Source of the DNA: Auanema rhodensis
Lineage: Eukaryota > Animalia > Nematoda
NCBI GenBank assembly: GCA_964057225.1
Contig: OZ059894.1
Span: 3,472,001 to 3,536,000, forward strand
Reading direction: 5' to 3'
Length of the DNA stretch: 64,000 nucleotides
Position numbers and translations under genes: made by a program. This document shows positions 37,101 through 52,100 of this stretch, one piece after another; position 1 is the first letter of the stretch; every line of letters starts with the position of its first letter. Below the pieces are notes generated by a model. It made no database searches. It saw nothing but the letters and a program-made list of their open reading frames with translations, and was not told where the DNA came from.

Positions 37101-40100
37101 CATGGTTACCATGCACCAATATCAATAAAAATTTGTTTTTAGACTAACATGGAAATGGGGAATCTAATTTTGAAAACCGCATCTCTTTATCTTTCACGTG
37201 AAGCGAGTTACATACCAAGCGCACATCATGTGTACACTTAATTAGCATAAATTAAAGTTCACGTAAATTTCAAAGTCATGGTTACCATGCACCAATAAAA
37301 ATAAAAATTTGTTTTTAGACTAATATGGACATGGGGAATCTAATTTTGAAAACCGCATCTCTTTATCTTTGACGTGAAGCGAGTTACATACCAAGTGCAC
37401 ATCATGTGTACACTTAATTAGCATAAATTTAAGTTCACGTAAATTTTAAAGTCATGGTTGCCATGCACCAATATCAATAAAAATTTGTTTTTAGACTAAC
37501 ATGGAAATGGGGAATCTAATTTTGAAAACCGCATCTCTTTATCTTTCACGTGAAGCGAGTTACATACCAAGCGCACATCATGTGTACACTTAATTAGCAT
37601 AAATTAAAGTTCACGTAAATTTCAAAGTCATGGTTACCATGCACCAATATTAATAAAAATTTGTTTTTAGACTAATATGGACATGGGGAATCTAATTTTG
37701 AAAACCGCATCTCTATATCTTTGACGTAAAGCGAGTTACATACCAAGTGCACATCATGTGTACACTTAATTAGCATAAATTAAAGTTCACGTAAATTTTA
37801 AAGTCATGGTTGCCATGCACCAATATCAATAAAAATTTGTTTTTAGACTAATATGGAAATGGGGAATCTATTTTGAAAACCGCATCTCTTTATCTTTCAC
37901 GTGAAGCGAGTTACATACCAAGTGCACATCATGTGTACACTTAATTAGCATAAATTAAAGTTCACGTAAATTTCAAAGTCATGGTTACCATCCACCAATA
38001 TCAACAAAAATTTGTTTTTAGACTAATATGGACATGGGGAATCTAATTTTGAAAACCGCATCTCTTTATCTTTCACGTGAAGCGAGTTACATACCGAGTG
38101 CACATCATGTGTACACTTAATTAGCATAAATTAAAGTTCACGTAAATTTCAAAGTCATGGTTACCATCCACCAATATCAACAAAAATTTGTTTTTAGACT
38201 AATATGGAAATGGGGAATCTATTTTGAAAACCGCATCTCTTTATCTTTCACGTGAAGCGAGTTACATACCAAGCGCACATCATGTGTACACTTAATTAGC
38301 ATAAATTAAAGTTCACGTAAATTTCAAAGTCATGGTTACCATGCACCAATATTAATAAAAATTTGTTTTTAGACTAATATGGACATGGGGAATCTAATTT
38401 TGAAAACCGCATCTCTATATCTTTGACGTAAAGCGAGTTACATACCAAGTGCACATCATGTGTACACTTAATTAGCATAAATTAAAGTTCACGTAAATTT
38501 TAAAGTCATGGTTGCCATGCACCAATATCAATAAAAATTTGTTTTTAGACTAATATGGAAATGGGGAATCTATTTTGAAAACCGCATCTCTTTATCTTTC
38601 ACGTGAAGCGAGTTACATACCAAGTGCACATCATGTGTACACTTAATTAGCATAAATTAAAGTTCACGTAAATTTCAAAGTCATGGTTACCATCCACCAA
38701 TATCAACAAAAATTTGTTTTTAGACTAATATGGACATGGGGAATCTAATTTTGAAAACCGCATCTCTTTATCTTTCACGTGAAGCGAGTTACATACCGAG
38801 TGCACATCATGTGTACACTTAATTAGCATAAATTAAAGTTCACGTAAATTTCAAAGTCATGGTTACCATCCACCAATATCAACAAAAATTTGTTTTTAGA
38901 CTAATATGGACATGGGGAATCTAATTTTGAAAACCGCATCTCTTCATCTTTTACGTGAAGCGAGTTACATACCAAGTGCACATCACGTGTACACTTAATT
39001 AGCATAAATTAAAGTTCACGTAAATTTCAAAGTCATGGTTACCATGCACCAATATCAATAAAAATTTGTTTTTAGACTAATATGGACATGGGGAATCTAA
39101 TTTTGAAAACCGCATCCCTTTATCTTTCACGTGAAGCAAGTTACATACCAAGTGCACATCATGTGTACACTTAATTAGCATAAATTAAAGTTCACGTAAA
39201 TATCAACAAAAATTTGTTTTTAGACTAATATGGACATGGGGAATCTAATTTTGAAAACCGCATCTCTTTATCTTTCACGTGAAGCGAGTTACATACCAAG
39301 TGCACATCATGTGTACACTTAATTAGCATAAATTAAAGTTCACGTAAATTTCAAAGTCATGGTTACCATCCACCAATATCAACAAAAATTTGTTTTTAGA
39401 CTAATATGGAAATGGGGAATCTATTTTGAAAACCGCATCTCTTTATCTTTCACGTGAAGCGAGTTACATACCAAGCGCACATCATGTGTACACTTAATTA
39501 GCATAAATTAAAGTTCACGTAAATTTCAAAGTCATGGTTACCATCCACCAATATCAACAAAAATTTGTTTTTAGACTAATATGGACATGGGGAATCTAAT
39601 TTTGAAAACCGCATCTCTTTATCTTTGACGTGAAGCGAGTTACATACCAAGTGCACATCATGTGTACACTTAATTAGCATAAATTAAAGTTCACGTAATT
39701 TTCAAAGTCATGGTTACCATGCATCAATATCAATAAAAATTTGTTTTTAGACTAATATGGACATGGGGAATCTAATTTTGAAAACCGCATCTCTTTATCT
39801 TTCACGTGAAGCGAGTTACATACCAAGCGCACATCATGTGTACACTTAATTAGCATAAATTAAAGTTCACGTAAATTTCAAAGTCATGGTTACCATGCAC
39901 CAATAATAATAAAAATTTGTTTTTAGACTAATATGGACATGGGGAATCTAATTTTGAAAACCGCATCTCTTTATCTTTGACGTGAAGCGAGTTACATACC
40001 AAGTGCACATCATGTGTACACTTAATTAGCATAAATTTAAGTTCACGTAAATTTTAAAGTCATGGTTGCCATGCACCAATATCAATAAAAATTTGTTTTT

Positions 40101-43100
40101 AGACTAACATGGAAATGGGGAATCTAATTTTGAAAACCGCATCTCTTTATCTTTCACGTGAAGCGAGTTACATACCAAGCGCACATCATGTGTACACTTA
40201 ATTAGCATAAATTAAAGTTCACGTAAATTTCAAAGTCATGGTTACCATGCACCAATATTAATAAAAATTTGTTTTTAGACTAATATGGACATGGGGAATC
40301 TAATTTTGAAAACCGCATCTCTATATCTTTGACGTAAAGCGAGTTACATACCAAGTGCACATCATGTGTACACTTAATTAGCATAAATTAAAGTTCACGT
40401 AAATTTTAAAGTCATGGTTGCCATGCACCAATATCAATAAAAATTTGTTTTTAGACTAATATGGAAATGGGGAATCTATTTTGAAAACTGCATCTCTTTA
40501 TCTTTCACGTGAAGCGAGTTACATACCAAGTGCACATCATGTGTACACTTAATTAGCATAAATTAAAGTTCACGTAAATTTCAAAGTCATGGTTACCATC
40601 CACCAATATCAACAAAAATTTGTTTTTAGACTAATATGGACATGGGGAATCTAATTTTGAAAACCGCATCTCTTTATCTTTCACGTGAAGCGAGTTACAT
40701 ACCAAGTGCACATCATGTGTACACTTAATTAGCATAAATTAAAGTTCACGTAAATTTCAAAGTCATGGTTACCATCCACCAATATCAACAAAAATTTGTT
40801 TTTAGACTAATATGGACATGGGGAATCTAATTTTGAAAACCGCATCTCTTTATCTTTCACGTGAAGCGAGTTACATACCGAGTGCACATCATGTGTACAC
40901 TTAATTAGCATAAATTAAAGTTCACGTAAATTTCAAAGTCATGGTTACCATCCACCAATATCAACAAAAATTTGTTTTTAGACTAATATGGACATGGGGA
41001 ATCTAATTTTGAAAACCGCATCTCTTCATCTTTTACGTGAAGCGAGTTACATACCAAGTGCACATCACGTGTACACTTAATTAGCATAAATTAAAGTTCA
41101 CGTAAATTTCAAAGTCATGGTTACCATCCACCAATATCAATAAAAATTTGTTTTTAGACTAATATGGACATGGGGAATCTAATTTTGAAAACCGCATCCC
41201 TTTATCTTTCACGTGAAGCAAGTTACATACCAAGTGCACATCATGTGTACACTTAATTAGCATAAATTAAAGTTCACGTAAATTTCAAAGTCATGGTTAC
41301 CATGCATCAATATCAATAAAAATTCGTTTTTAGACTAATATGGAAATGGGGAATCTATTTTGAAAACCGCATCTCTTTATCTTTCACGTGAAGCGAGTTA
41401 CATACCAAGTGCACATCATGTGTACACTTAATTAGCATAAATTAAAGTTCACGTAAATTTCAAAGTCATGGTTACCATCCACCAATATCAACAAAAATTT
41501 GTTTTTAGACTAATATGGACATGGGGAATCTAATTTTGAAAACCGCATCTCTTTATCTTTCACGTGAAGCGAGTTACATACCAAGTGCACATCATGTGTA
41601 CACTTAATTAGCATAAATTAAAGTTCACGTAAATTTCAAAGTCATGGTTACCATCCACCAATATCAACAAAAATTTGTTTTTAGACTAATATGGACATGG
41701 GGAATCTAATTTTGAAAACCGCATCTCTTTATCTTTCACGTGAAGCGAGTTACATACCGAGTGCACATCATGTGTACACTTAATTAGCATAAATTAAAGT
41801 TCACGTAAATTTCAAAGTCATGGTTACCATCCACCAATATCAACAAAAATTTGTTTTTAGACTAATATGGACATGGGGAATCTAATTTTGAAAACCGCAT
41901 CTCTTCATCTTTTACGTGAAGCGAGTTACATACCAAGTGCACATCACGTGTACACTTAATTAGCATAAATTAAAGTTCACGTAAATTTCAAAGTCATGGT
42001 TACCATCCACCAATATCAATAAAAATTTGTTTTTAGACTAATATGGACATGGGGAATCTAATTTTGAAAACCGCATCCCTTTATCTTTCACGTGAAGCAA
42101 GTTACATACCAAGTGCACATCATGTGTACACTTAATTAGCATAAATTAAAGTTCACGTAAATTTCAAAGTCATGGTTACCATGCATCAATATCAATAAAA
42201 ATTCGTTTTTAGACTAATATGGAAATGGGGAATCTAATTTTGAAAACCGCATCTCTTTATCTTTCACGTGAAGCGAGTTACATACCAAGCGCACATCATG
42301 TGTACACTTAATTAGCATAAATTAAAGTTCACGTAAATTTCAAAGTCATGGTTACCATGCACCAATATTAATAAAAATTTGTTTTTAGACTAATATGGAC
42401 ATGGGGAATCTAATTTTGAAAACCGCATCTCTTTATCTTCGACGTGAAGCGAGTTACAGACCAAGTGCACATCATGTGTACACTTAATTAGCATAAATTA
42501 AAGTTCACGTAAATTTTAAAGTCATGGTTGCCATGCACCAATATCAATAAAAATTTGTTTTTAGACTAATATGGAGATGGGTAATCTATTTTGAAAACCG
42601 CATCTCTTTATCTTTCACGTGAAGCGAGTTACATACCAAGTGCACATCATGTGTACACTTAATTAGCATAAATTAAAGTTCACGTAAATTTCAAAGTCAT
42701 GGTTACCATGCACCAATATTAATAAAAATTTGTTTTTAGACTAATATGGACATGGGGAATCTAATTTTGAAAACCGCATCTCTTTATCTTTGACTTGAAG
42801 CGAGTTACATACCAAGTGCACATCATGTGTACACTTAATTAGCATAAATTAAAGTTCACGTAAATTTCAAAGTCATGGTTACCATCCACCAATATTAATA
42901 AAAATTTGTTTTTAGACTAATATGGACATGGGGAATCTAATTTTGAAAACCGCATCTCTTTATCTTTGACTTGAAGCGAGTTACATACCAAGTGCACATC
43001 ATGTGTACACTTAATTAGCATAAATTAAAGTTCACGTAAATTTCAAAGTCATGGTTACCATCCACCAATATCAACAAAAATTTGTTTTTAGACTAATATG

Positions 43101-46100
43101 GACATGGGGAATCTATTTTTGAAAACCGCATCTCTTTATCTTTGACGTGAAGCGAGTTACATACCAAGTGCACATCATGTGTACACTTAATTAGCATAAA
43201 TTAAAGTTCACGTAAATTTTAAAGTCATGGTTACCATGCACCAATATCAATAAAAATTTGTTTTTAGACTAATATGGACATGGGGAATCTAATTTTGAAA
43301 ACCGCATCTCTTTATCTTTGACGTGAAGCGAGTTACATACCAAGTGCACATCATGTGTACACTTAATTAGCATAAATTAAAGTTCACGTAATTTTCAAAG
43401 TCATGGTTACCATGCATCAATATCAATAAAAATTTGTTTTTAGACTAATATGCACATGGGGAATCTAATTTTGAAAACCGCATCTCTTTATCTTTCACGT
43501 GAAGCGAGTTACATACCAAGCGCACATCATGTGTACACTTAATTAGCATAAATTAAAGTTCACGTAAATTTCAAAGTCATGGTTACCATGCACCAATATC
43601 AATAAAAATTTGTTTTTAGACTAATATGGACATGGGGAATCTATTTTTGAAAACCGCATCTCTTTATCTTTGACGTGAAGCGAGTTACATATCAAGTGCA
43701 CATCATGTGTACACTTAATTAGCATAAATTAAAGTTCACGTAAATTTTAAAGTCATGGTTACCATGCATCAATATCAATAAAAATTTGTTTTTAGACTAA
43801 TATGGACATGGGGAATCTAATTTTGAAAACCGCATCTCTTCATCTTTCACGTGAAGCGAGTTACATACCAAGTGCACATCACGTGTACACTTAATTAGCA
43901 TAAACTAAAGTTCACGTAAATTTCAAAGTCATGGTTACCATGCACCAATATCAATAAAAATTTGTTTTTAGACTAATATGGACATGGGGAATCTATTTTT
44001 GAAAACCGCATCTCTTTATCTTTGACGTGAAGCGAGTTACATACCAAGTGCACATCATGTGTACACTTAATTAGCATAAATTAAAGTTCACGTAAATTTT
44101 AAAGTCATGGTTACCATGCACCAATATTAACAAAAATGTGTTTTTAGACTAATATGGACATGGGGAATCTAATTTTGAAAACCGCATCTCTTCATCTTTC
44201 ACGTGAAGCGAGTTACATACCAAGTGCACATCATGTGTACACTTAATTAGCATAAATTAAAGTTCACGTAAATTTCAAAGTCATGGTTACCATGCACCAA
44301 TATTAATAAAAATTTGTTTTTAGACTAATATGGACATAGGGAATCTAATTTTGAAAACCGCATCTCTTTATCTTTGACTTGAAGCGAGTTACATACCAAG
44401 TGCACATCATGTGTACACTTAATTAGCATAAATTGAAGTTCACGTAAATTTCAAAGTCATGGTTACCATCCACCAATATCAACAAAAATGTGTTTTTAGA
44501 CTAATATGGACATGGGGAATCTAATTTTGAAAACCGCATCTCTTCATCTTTCACGTGAAGCGAGTTACATACCAAGTGCACATCACGTGTACACTTAATT
44601 AGCATAAATTGAAGTTCACGTAAATTTCAAAGTCATGGTTACCATGCACCAATATCAATAAAAATTTGTTTTTAGACTAATATGGAAATGGGGAATCTAA
44701 TTTTGAAAACCGCATCTCTTCATCTTTCACGTGAAGCGAGTTACATACCAAGTGCACATCATGTGTACACTTAATTAGCATAAATTAAAGTTCACGTAAA
44801 TTTCAAAGTCATGGTTACCATGCACCAATATCAATAAAAATTTGTTTTTAGACTAATATGGACATGGGGAATCTAATTTTGAAAACCGCATCCCTTTATC
44901 TTTCACGTGAAGCGAGTTACATACCAAGTGCACATCATGTGTACACTTAATTAGCATAAATTAAAGTTCACGTAAATTTCAAAGTCATGGTTACCATGCA
45001 CCAATATTAATAAAAATTTGTTTTTAGACTAATATGGACATAGGGAATCTAATTTTGAAAACTGCATCTCTTTATCTTTGACTTGAAGCGAGTTACATAC
45101 CAAGTGCACATCATGTGTACACTTAATTAGCATAAACTAAAGTTCACGTAAATTTTAAAGTCATGGTTAACATGCACCAATATCAATAAAAATTTGTTTT
45201 TAGACTAATATGGAAATGAGGAATCTAATTTTGAAAACCGCATCTCTTTATCTTTCACGTGAAGCGAGTTACATACCAAGCGCACATCATGTGTACACTT
45301 AATTAGCATAAATTAAAGTTCACGTAAATTTCAAAGTCATGGTTACCATGCACCAATATTAACAAAAATGTGTTTTTAGACTAATATGGACATGGGGAAT
45401 CTAATTTTGAAAACCGCATCTCTTCATCTTTCACGTGAAGCGAGTTACATACCAAGTGCACATCATGTGTACACTTAATTAGCATAAATTGAAGTTCACG
45501 TAAATTTCAAAGTCATGGTTACCATGCACCAATATCAATAAAAATTTGTTTTTAGACTAATATGGAAATGGGGAATCTAATTTTAAAAACCGCATCTCTT
45601 CATCTTTCACGTGAAGCGAGTTACATACCAAGTGCACATCATGTGTACACTTAATTAGCATAAATTAAAGTTCACGTAAATTTCAAAGTCATGGTTACCA
45701 TGCACCAATATTAATAAAAATTTGTTTTTAGACTAATATGGACATGGGGAATCTAATTTTGAAAACCGCATCTCTTTATCTTTGATTTGAAGCGAGTTAC
45801 ATACCAAGTGCACATCATGTGTACACTTAATTAGCATAAATTAAAGTTCACGTAAATTTCAAAGTCATGGTTACCATCCACCAATATCAACAAAAATTTG
45901 TTTTTAGACTAATATGGACATGGGGAATCTATTTTTGAAAACCGCATCTCTTTATCTTTGACGTGAAGCGAGTTACATACCAAGTGCACATCATGTGTAC
46001 ACTTAATTAGCATAAATTAAAGTTCACGTAAATTTTAAAGTCATGGTTACCATGCACCAATATCAATAAAAATTTGTTTTTAGACTAATATGGACATGGG

Positions 46101-49100
46101 GAATCTAATTTTGAAAACCGCATCTCTTTATCTTTGACGTGAAGCGAGTTACATACCAAGTGCACATCATGTGTACACTTAATTAGCATAAATTAAAGTT
46201 CACGTAATTTTCAAAGTCATGGTTACCATGCATCAATATCAATAAAAATTTGTTTTTAGACTAATATGGACATGGGGAATCCAATTTTGAAAACCGCATC
46301 TCTTTATCTTTCACGTGAAGCGAGTTACATACCAAGCGCACATCATGTGTACACTTAATTAGCATAAATTAAAGTTCACGTAAATTTCAAAGTCATGGTT
46401 ACCATGCACCAATATCAATAAAAATTTGTTTTTAGACTAATATGGACATGGGGAATCTATTTTTGAAAACCGCATCTCTTTATCTTTGACGTGAAGCGAG
46501 TTACATACCAAGTGCACATCATGTGTACACTTAATTAGCATAAATTAAAGTTCACGTAAATTTTAAAGTCATGGTTACCATGCATCAATATCAATAAAAA
46601 TTTGTTTTTAGACTAATATGAACATGGGGAATCTAATTTTGAAAACCGCATCTCTTCATCTTTCACGTGAAGCGAGTTACATACCAAGTGCACATCATGT
46701 GTACACTTAATTAGCATAAGTTAAAGTTCACGTAAATTTCAAAGTCATGGTTACCATCCACCAATATCAACAAAAATTTGTTTTTAGACTAATATGGACA
46801 TGGGGAATCTATTTTTGAAAACCGCATCTCTTTATCTTTGACGTGAAGCGAGTTACATACCAAGTGCACATCATGTGTACACTTAATTAGCATAAATTAA
46901 AGTTCACGTAATTTTCAAAGTCATGGTTACCATGCATCAATATCAATAAAAATTTGTTTTTAGACTAATATGGACATGGGGAATCTAATTTTGAAAACCG
47001 CATCTCTTTATCTTTCACGTGAAGCGAGTTACATACCAAGCGCACATCATGTGTACACTTAATTAGCATAAATTAAAGTTCACGTAAATTTCAAAGTCAT
47101 GGTTACCATGCACCAATATCAATAAAAATTTGTTTTTAGACTAATATGGACATGGGGAATCTATTTTTGAAAACCGCATCTCTTTATCTTTGACGTGAAG
47201 CGAGTTACATACCAAGTGCACATCATGTGTACACTTAATTAGCATAAATTAAAGTTCACGTAAATTTCAAAGTCATGGTTACCATGCACCAATATTAACA
47301 AAAATGTGTTTTTAGACTAATATGGACATGGGGAATCTAATTTTGAAAACCGCATCTCTTCATCTTTCACGTGAAGCGAGTTACATACCAAGTGCACATC
47401 ATGTGTACACTTAATTAGCATAAATTAAAGTTCACGTAAATTTCAAAGTCATGGTTACCATGCACCAATATTAATAAAAATTTGTTTTTAGACTAATATG
47501 GACATAGGGAATCTAATTTTGAAAACCGCATCTCTTTATCTTTGACGTGAAGCGAGTTACATACCAAGTGCACATCATGTGTACACTTAATTAGCATAAA
47601 TTAAAGTTCACGTAATTTTCAAAGTCATGGTTACCATGCATCAATATCAATAAAAATTTGTTTTTAGACTAATATGGACATGGGGAATCCAATTTTGAAA
47701 ACCGCATCTCTTCATCTTTCACGTGAAGCGAGTTACATACCAAGTGCACATCATGTGTACACTTAATTAGCATAAATTAAAGTTCACGTAAATTTCAAAG
47801 TCATGGTTACCATGCACCAATATTAATAAAAATTTGTTTTTAGACTAATATGGACATAGGGAATCTAATTTTGAAAACCGCATCTCTTTATCTTTGACTT
47901 GAAGCGAGTTACATACCAAGTGCACATCATGTGTACACTTAATTAGCATAAATTGAAGTTCACGTAAATTTCAAAGTCATGGTTACCATCCACCAATATC
48001 AACACAAATGTGTTTTTAGACTAATATGGACATGGGGAATCTAATTTTGAAAACCGCATCTCTTCATCTTTCACGTGAAGCGAGTTACATACCAAGTGCA
48101 CATCACGTGTACACTTAATTAGCATAAATTGAAGTTCACGTAAATTTCAAAGTCATGGTTACCATGCACCAATATCAATAAAAATTTGTTTTTAGACTAA
48201 TATGGAAATGGGGAATCTAATTTTGAAAACCGCATCTCTTCATCTTTCACGTGAAGCGAGTTACATACCAAGTGCACATCATGTGTACACTTAATTAGCA
48301 TAAATTAAAGTTCACGTAAATTTCAAAGTCATGGTTACCATGCACCAATATCAATAAAAATTTGTTTTTAGACTAATATGGACATGGGGAATCTAATTTT
48401 GAAAACCGCATCCCTTTATCTTTCACGTGAAGCGAGTTACATACCAAGTGCACATCATGTGTACACTTAATTAGCATAAATTAAAGTTCACGTAAATTTC
48501 AAAGTCATGGTTACCATGCACCAATATTAATAAAAATTTGTTTTTAGACTAATATGGACATAGGGAATCTAATTTTGAAAACTGCATCTCTTTATCTTTG
48601 ACTTGAAGCGAGTTACATACCAAGTGCACATCATGTGTACACTTAATTAGCATAAACTAAAGTTCACGTAAATTTTAAAGTCATGGTTACCATGCACCAA
48701 TATCAATAAAAATTTGTTTTTAGACTAATATGGAAATGAGGAATCTAATTTTGAAAACCGCATCTCTTTATCTTTCACGTGAAGCGAGTTACATACCAAG
48801 CGCACATCATGTGTACACTTAATTAGCATAAATTAAAGTTCACGTAAATTTCAAAGTCATGGTTACCATGCACCAATATTAACAAAAATGTGTTTTTAGA
48901 CTAATATGGACATGGGGAATCTAATTTTGAAAACCGCATCTCTTCATCTTTCACGTGAAGCGAGTTACATACCAAGTGCACATCATGTGTACACTTAATT
49001 AGCATAAATTGAAGTTCACGTAAATTTCAAAGTCATGGTTACCATGCACCAATATCAATAAAAATTTGTTTTTAGACTAATATGGAAATGGGGAATCTAA

Positions 49101-52100
49101 TTTTAAAAACCGCATCTCTTCATCTTTCACGTGAAGCGAGTTACATACCAAGTGCACATCATGTGTACACTTAATTAGCATAAATTAAAGTTCACGTAAA
49201 TTTCAAAGTCATGGTTACCATGCACCAATATTAATAAAAATTTGTTTTTAGACTAATATGGACATGGGGAATCTAATTTTGAAAACCGCATCTCTTTATC
49301 TTTGATTTGAAGCGAGTTACATACCAAGTGCACATCATGTGTACACTTAATTAGCATAAATTAAAGTTCACGTAAATTTCAAAGTCATGGTTACCATGCA
49401 CCAATATCAATAAAAATTTGTTTTTAGACTAATATGGACATGGGGAATCTAATTTTGAAAACCGCATCCCTTTATCTTTCACGTGAAGCGAGTTACATAC
49501 CAAGTGCACATCATGTGTACACTTAATTAGCATAAATTAAAGTTCACGTAAATTTCAAAGTCATGGTTACCATGCACCAATATTAATAAAAATTTGTTTT
49601 TAGACTAATATGGACATAGGGAATCTAATTTTGAAAACTGCATCTCTTTATCTTCGACTTGAAGCGAGTTACATACCAAGTGCACATCATGTGTACACTT
49701 AATTAGCATAAACTAAAGTTCACGTAAATTTTAAAGTCATGGTTACCATGCACCAATATCAATAAAAATTTGTTTTTAGACTAATATGGAAATGAGGAAT
49801 CTAATTTTGAAAACCGCATCTCTTTATCTTTCACGTGAAGCGAGTTACATACCAAGCGCACATCATGTGTACACTTAATTAGCATAAATTAAAGTTCACG
49901 TAAATTTCAAAGTCATGGTTACCATGCACCAATATTAACAAAAATGTGTTTTTAGACTAATATGGACATGGGGAATCTAATTTTGAAAACCGCATCTCTT
50001 CATCTTTCACGTGAAGCGAGTTACATACCAAGTGCACATCATGTGTACACTTAATTAGCATAAATTGAAGTTCACGTAAATTTCAAAGTCATGGTTACCA
50101 TGCACCAATATCAATAAAAATTTGTTTTTAGACTAATATGGAAATGGGGAATCTAATTTTAAAAACCGCATCTCTTCATCTTTCACGTGAAGCGAGTTAC
50201 ATACCAAGTGCACATCATGTGTACACTTAATTAGCATAAATTAAAGTTCACGTAAATTTCAAAGTCATGGTTACCATGCACCAATATTAATAAAAATTTG
50301 TTTTTAGACTAATATGGACATGGGGAATCTAATTTTGAAAACCGCATCTCTTTATCTTTGATTTGAAGCGAGTTACATACCAAGTGCACATCATGTGTAC
50401 ACTTAATTAGCATAAATTAAAGTTCACGTAAATTTCAAAGTCATGGTTACCATCCACCAATATCAACAAAAATTTGTTTTTAGACTAATATGGACATGGG
50501 GAATCTATTTTTGAAAACCGCATCTCTTTATCTTTCACGTGAAGCGAGTTACATACCAAGCGCACATCATGTGTACACTTAATTAGCATAAATTAAAGTT
50601 CACGTAAATTTCAAAGTCATGGTTACCATCCACCAATATCAACAAAAATTTGTTTTTAGACTAATATGGACATGGGGAATCTATTTTTGAAAACCGCATC
50701 TCTTTATATTTGACGTGAAGCGAGTTACATACCAAGTGCACATCATGTGTACACTTAATTAGCATAAATTAAAGTTCACGTAAATTTTAAAGTCATGGTT
50801 ACCATGCACCAATATCAATAAAAATTTGTTTTTAGACTAATATGGACATGGGGAATCTAATTTTGAAAACCGCATCTCTTTATCTTTGACGTGAAGCGAG
50901 TTACATACCAAGTGCACATCATGTGTACACTTAATTAGCATAAATTAAAGTTCACGTAATTTTCAAAGTCATGGTTACCATGCATCAATATCAATAAAAA
51001 TTTGTTTTTAGACTAATATGGACATGGGGAATCTAATTTTGAAAACCGCATCTCTTTATCTTTCACGTGAAGCGAGTTACATACCAAGCGCACATCATGT
51101 GTACACTTAATTAGCATAAATTAAAGTTCACGTAAATTTCAAAGTCATGGTTACCATGCACCAATATCAATAAAAATTTGTTTTTAGACTAATATGGACA
51201 TGGGGAATCTATTTTTGAAAACCGCATCTCTTTATCTTTGACGTGAAGCGAGTTACATACCAAGTGCACATCATGTGTACACTTAATTAGCATAAATTAA
51301 AGTTCACGTAAATTTCAAAGTCATGGTTACCATGCACCAATATTAACAAAAATGTGTTTTTAGACTAATATGGACATGGGGAATCTAATTTTGAAAACCG
51401 CATCTCTTCATCTTTCACGTGAAGCGAGTTACATACCAAGTGCACATCATGTGTACACTTAATTAGCATAAATTAAAGTTCACGTAAATTTCAAAGTCAT
51501 GGTTACCATGCACCAATATCAATAAAAATTTGTTTTTAGACTAATATGGACATGGGGAATCTAATTTTGAAAACCGCATCCCTTTATCTTTCACGTGAAG
51601 CGAGTTACATACCAAGTGCACATCATGTGTACACTTAATTAGCATAAATTAAAGTTCACGTAAATTTCAAAGTCATGGTTACCATGCACCAATATTAATA
51701 AAAATTTGTTTTTAGACTAATATGGACATAGGGAATCTAATTTTGAAAACTGCATCTCTTCATCTTTCACGTGAAGCGAGTTACATACCAAGTGCACATC
51801 ACGTGTACACTTAATTAGCATAAATTGAAGTTCACGTAAATTTCAAAGTCATGGTTACCATGCACCAATATCAACAAAAATGTGTTTTTAGACTAATATG
51901 GACATGGGGAATCTAATTTTGAAAACCGCATCTCTTCATCTTTCACGTGAAGCGAGTTACATACCAAGTGCACATCATGTGTACACTTAATTAGCATAAA
52001 TTAAAGTTCACGTAAATTTCAAAGTCATGGTTACCATGCACCAATATCAATAAAAATTTGTTTTTAGACTAATATGGACATGGGGAATCTAATTTTGAAA

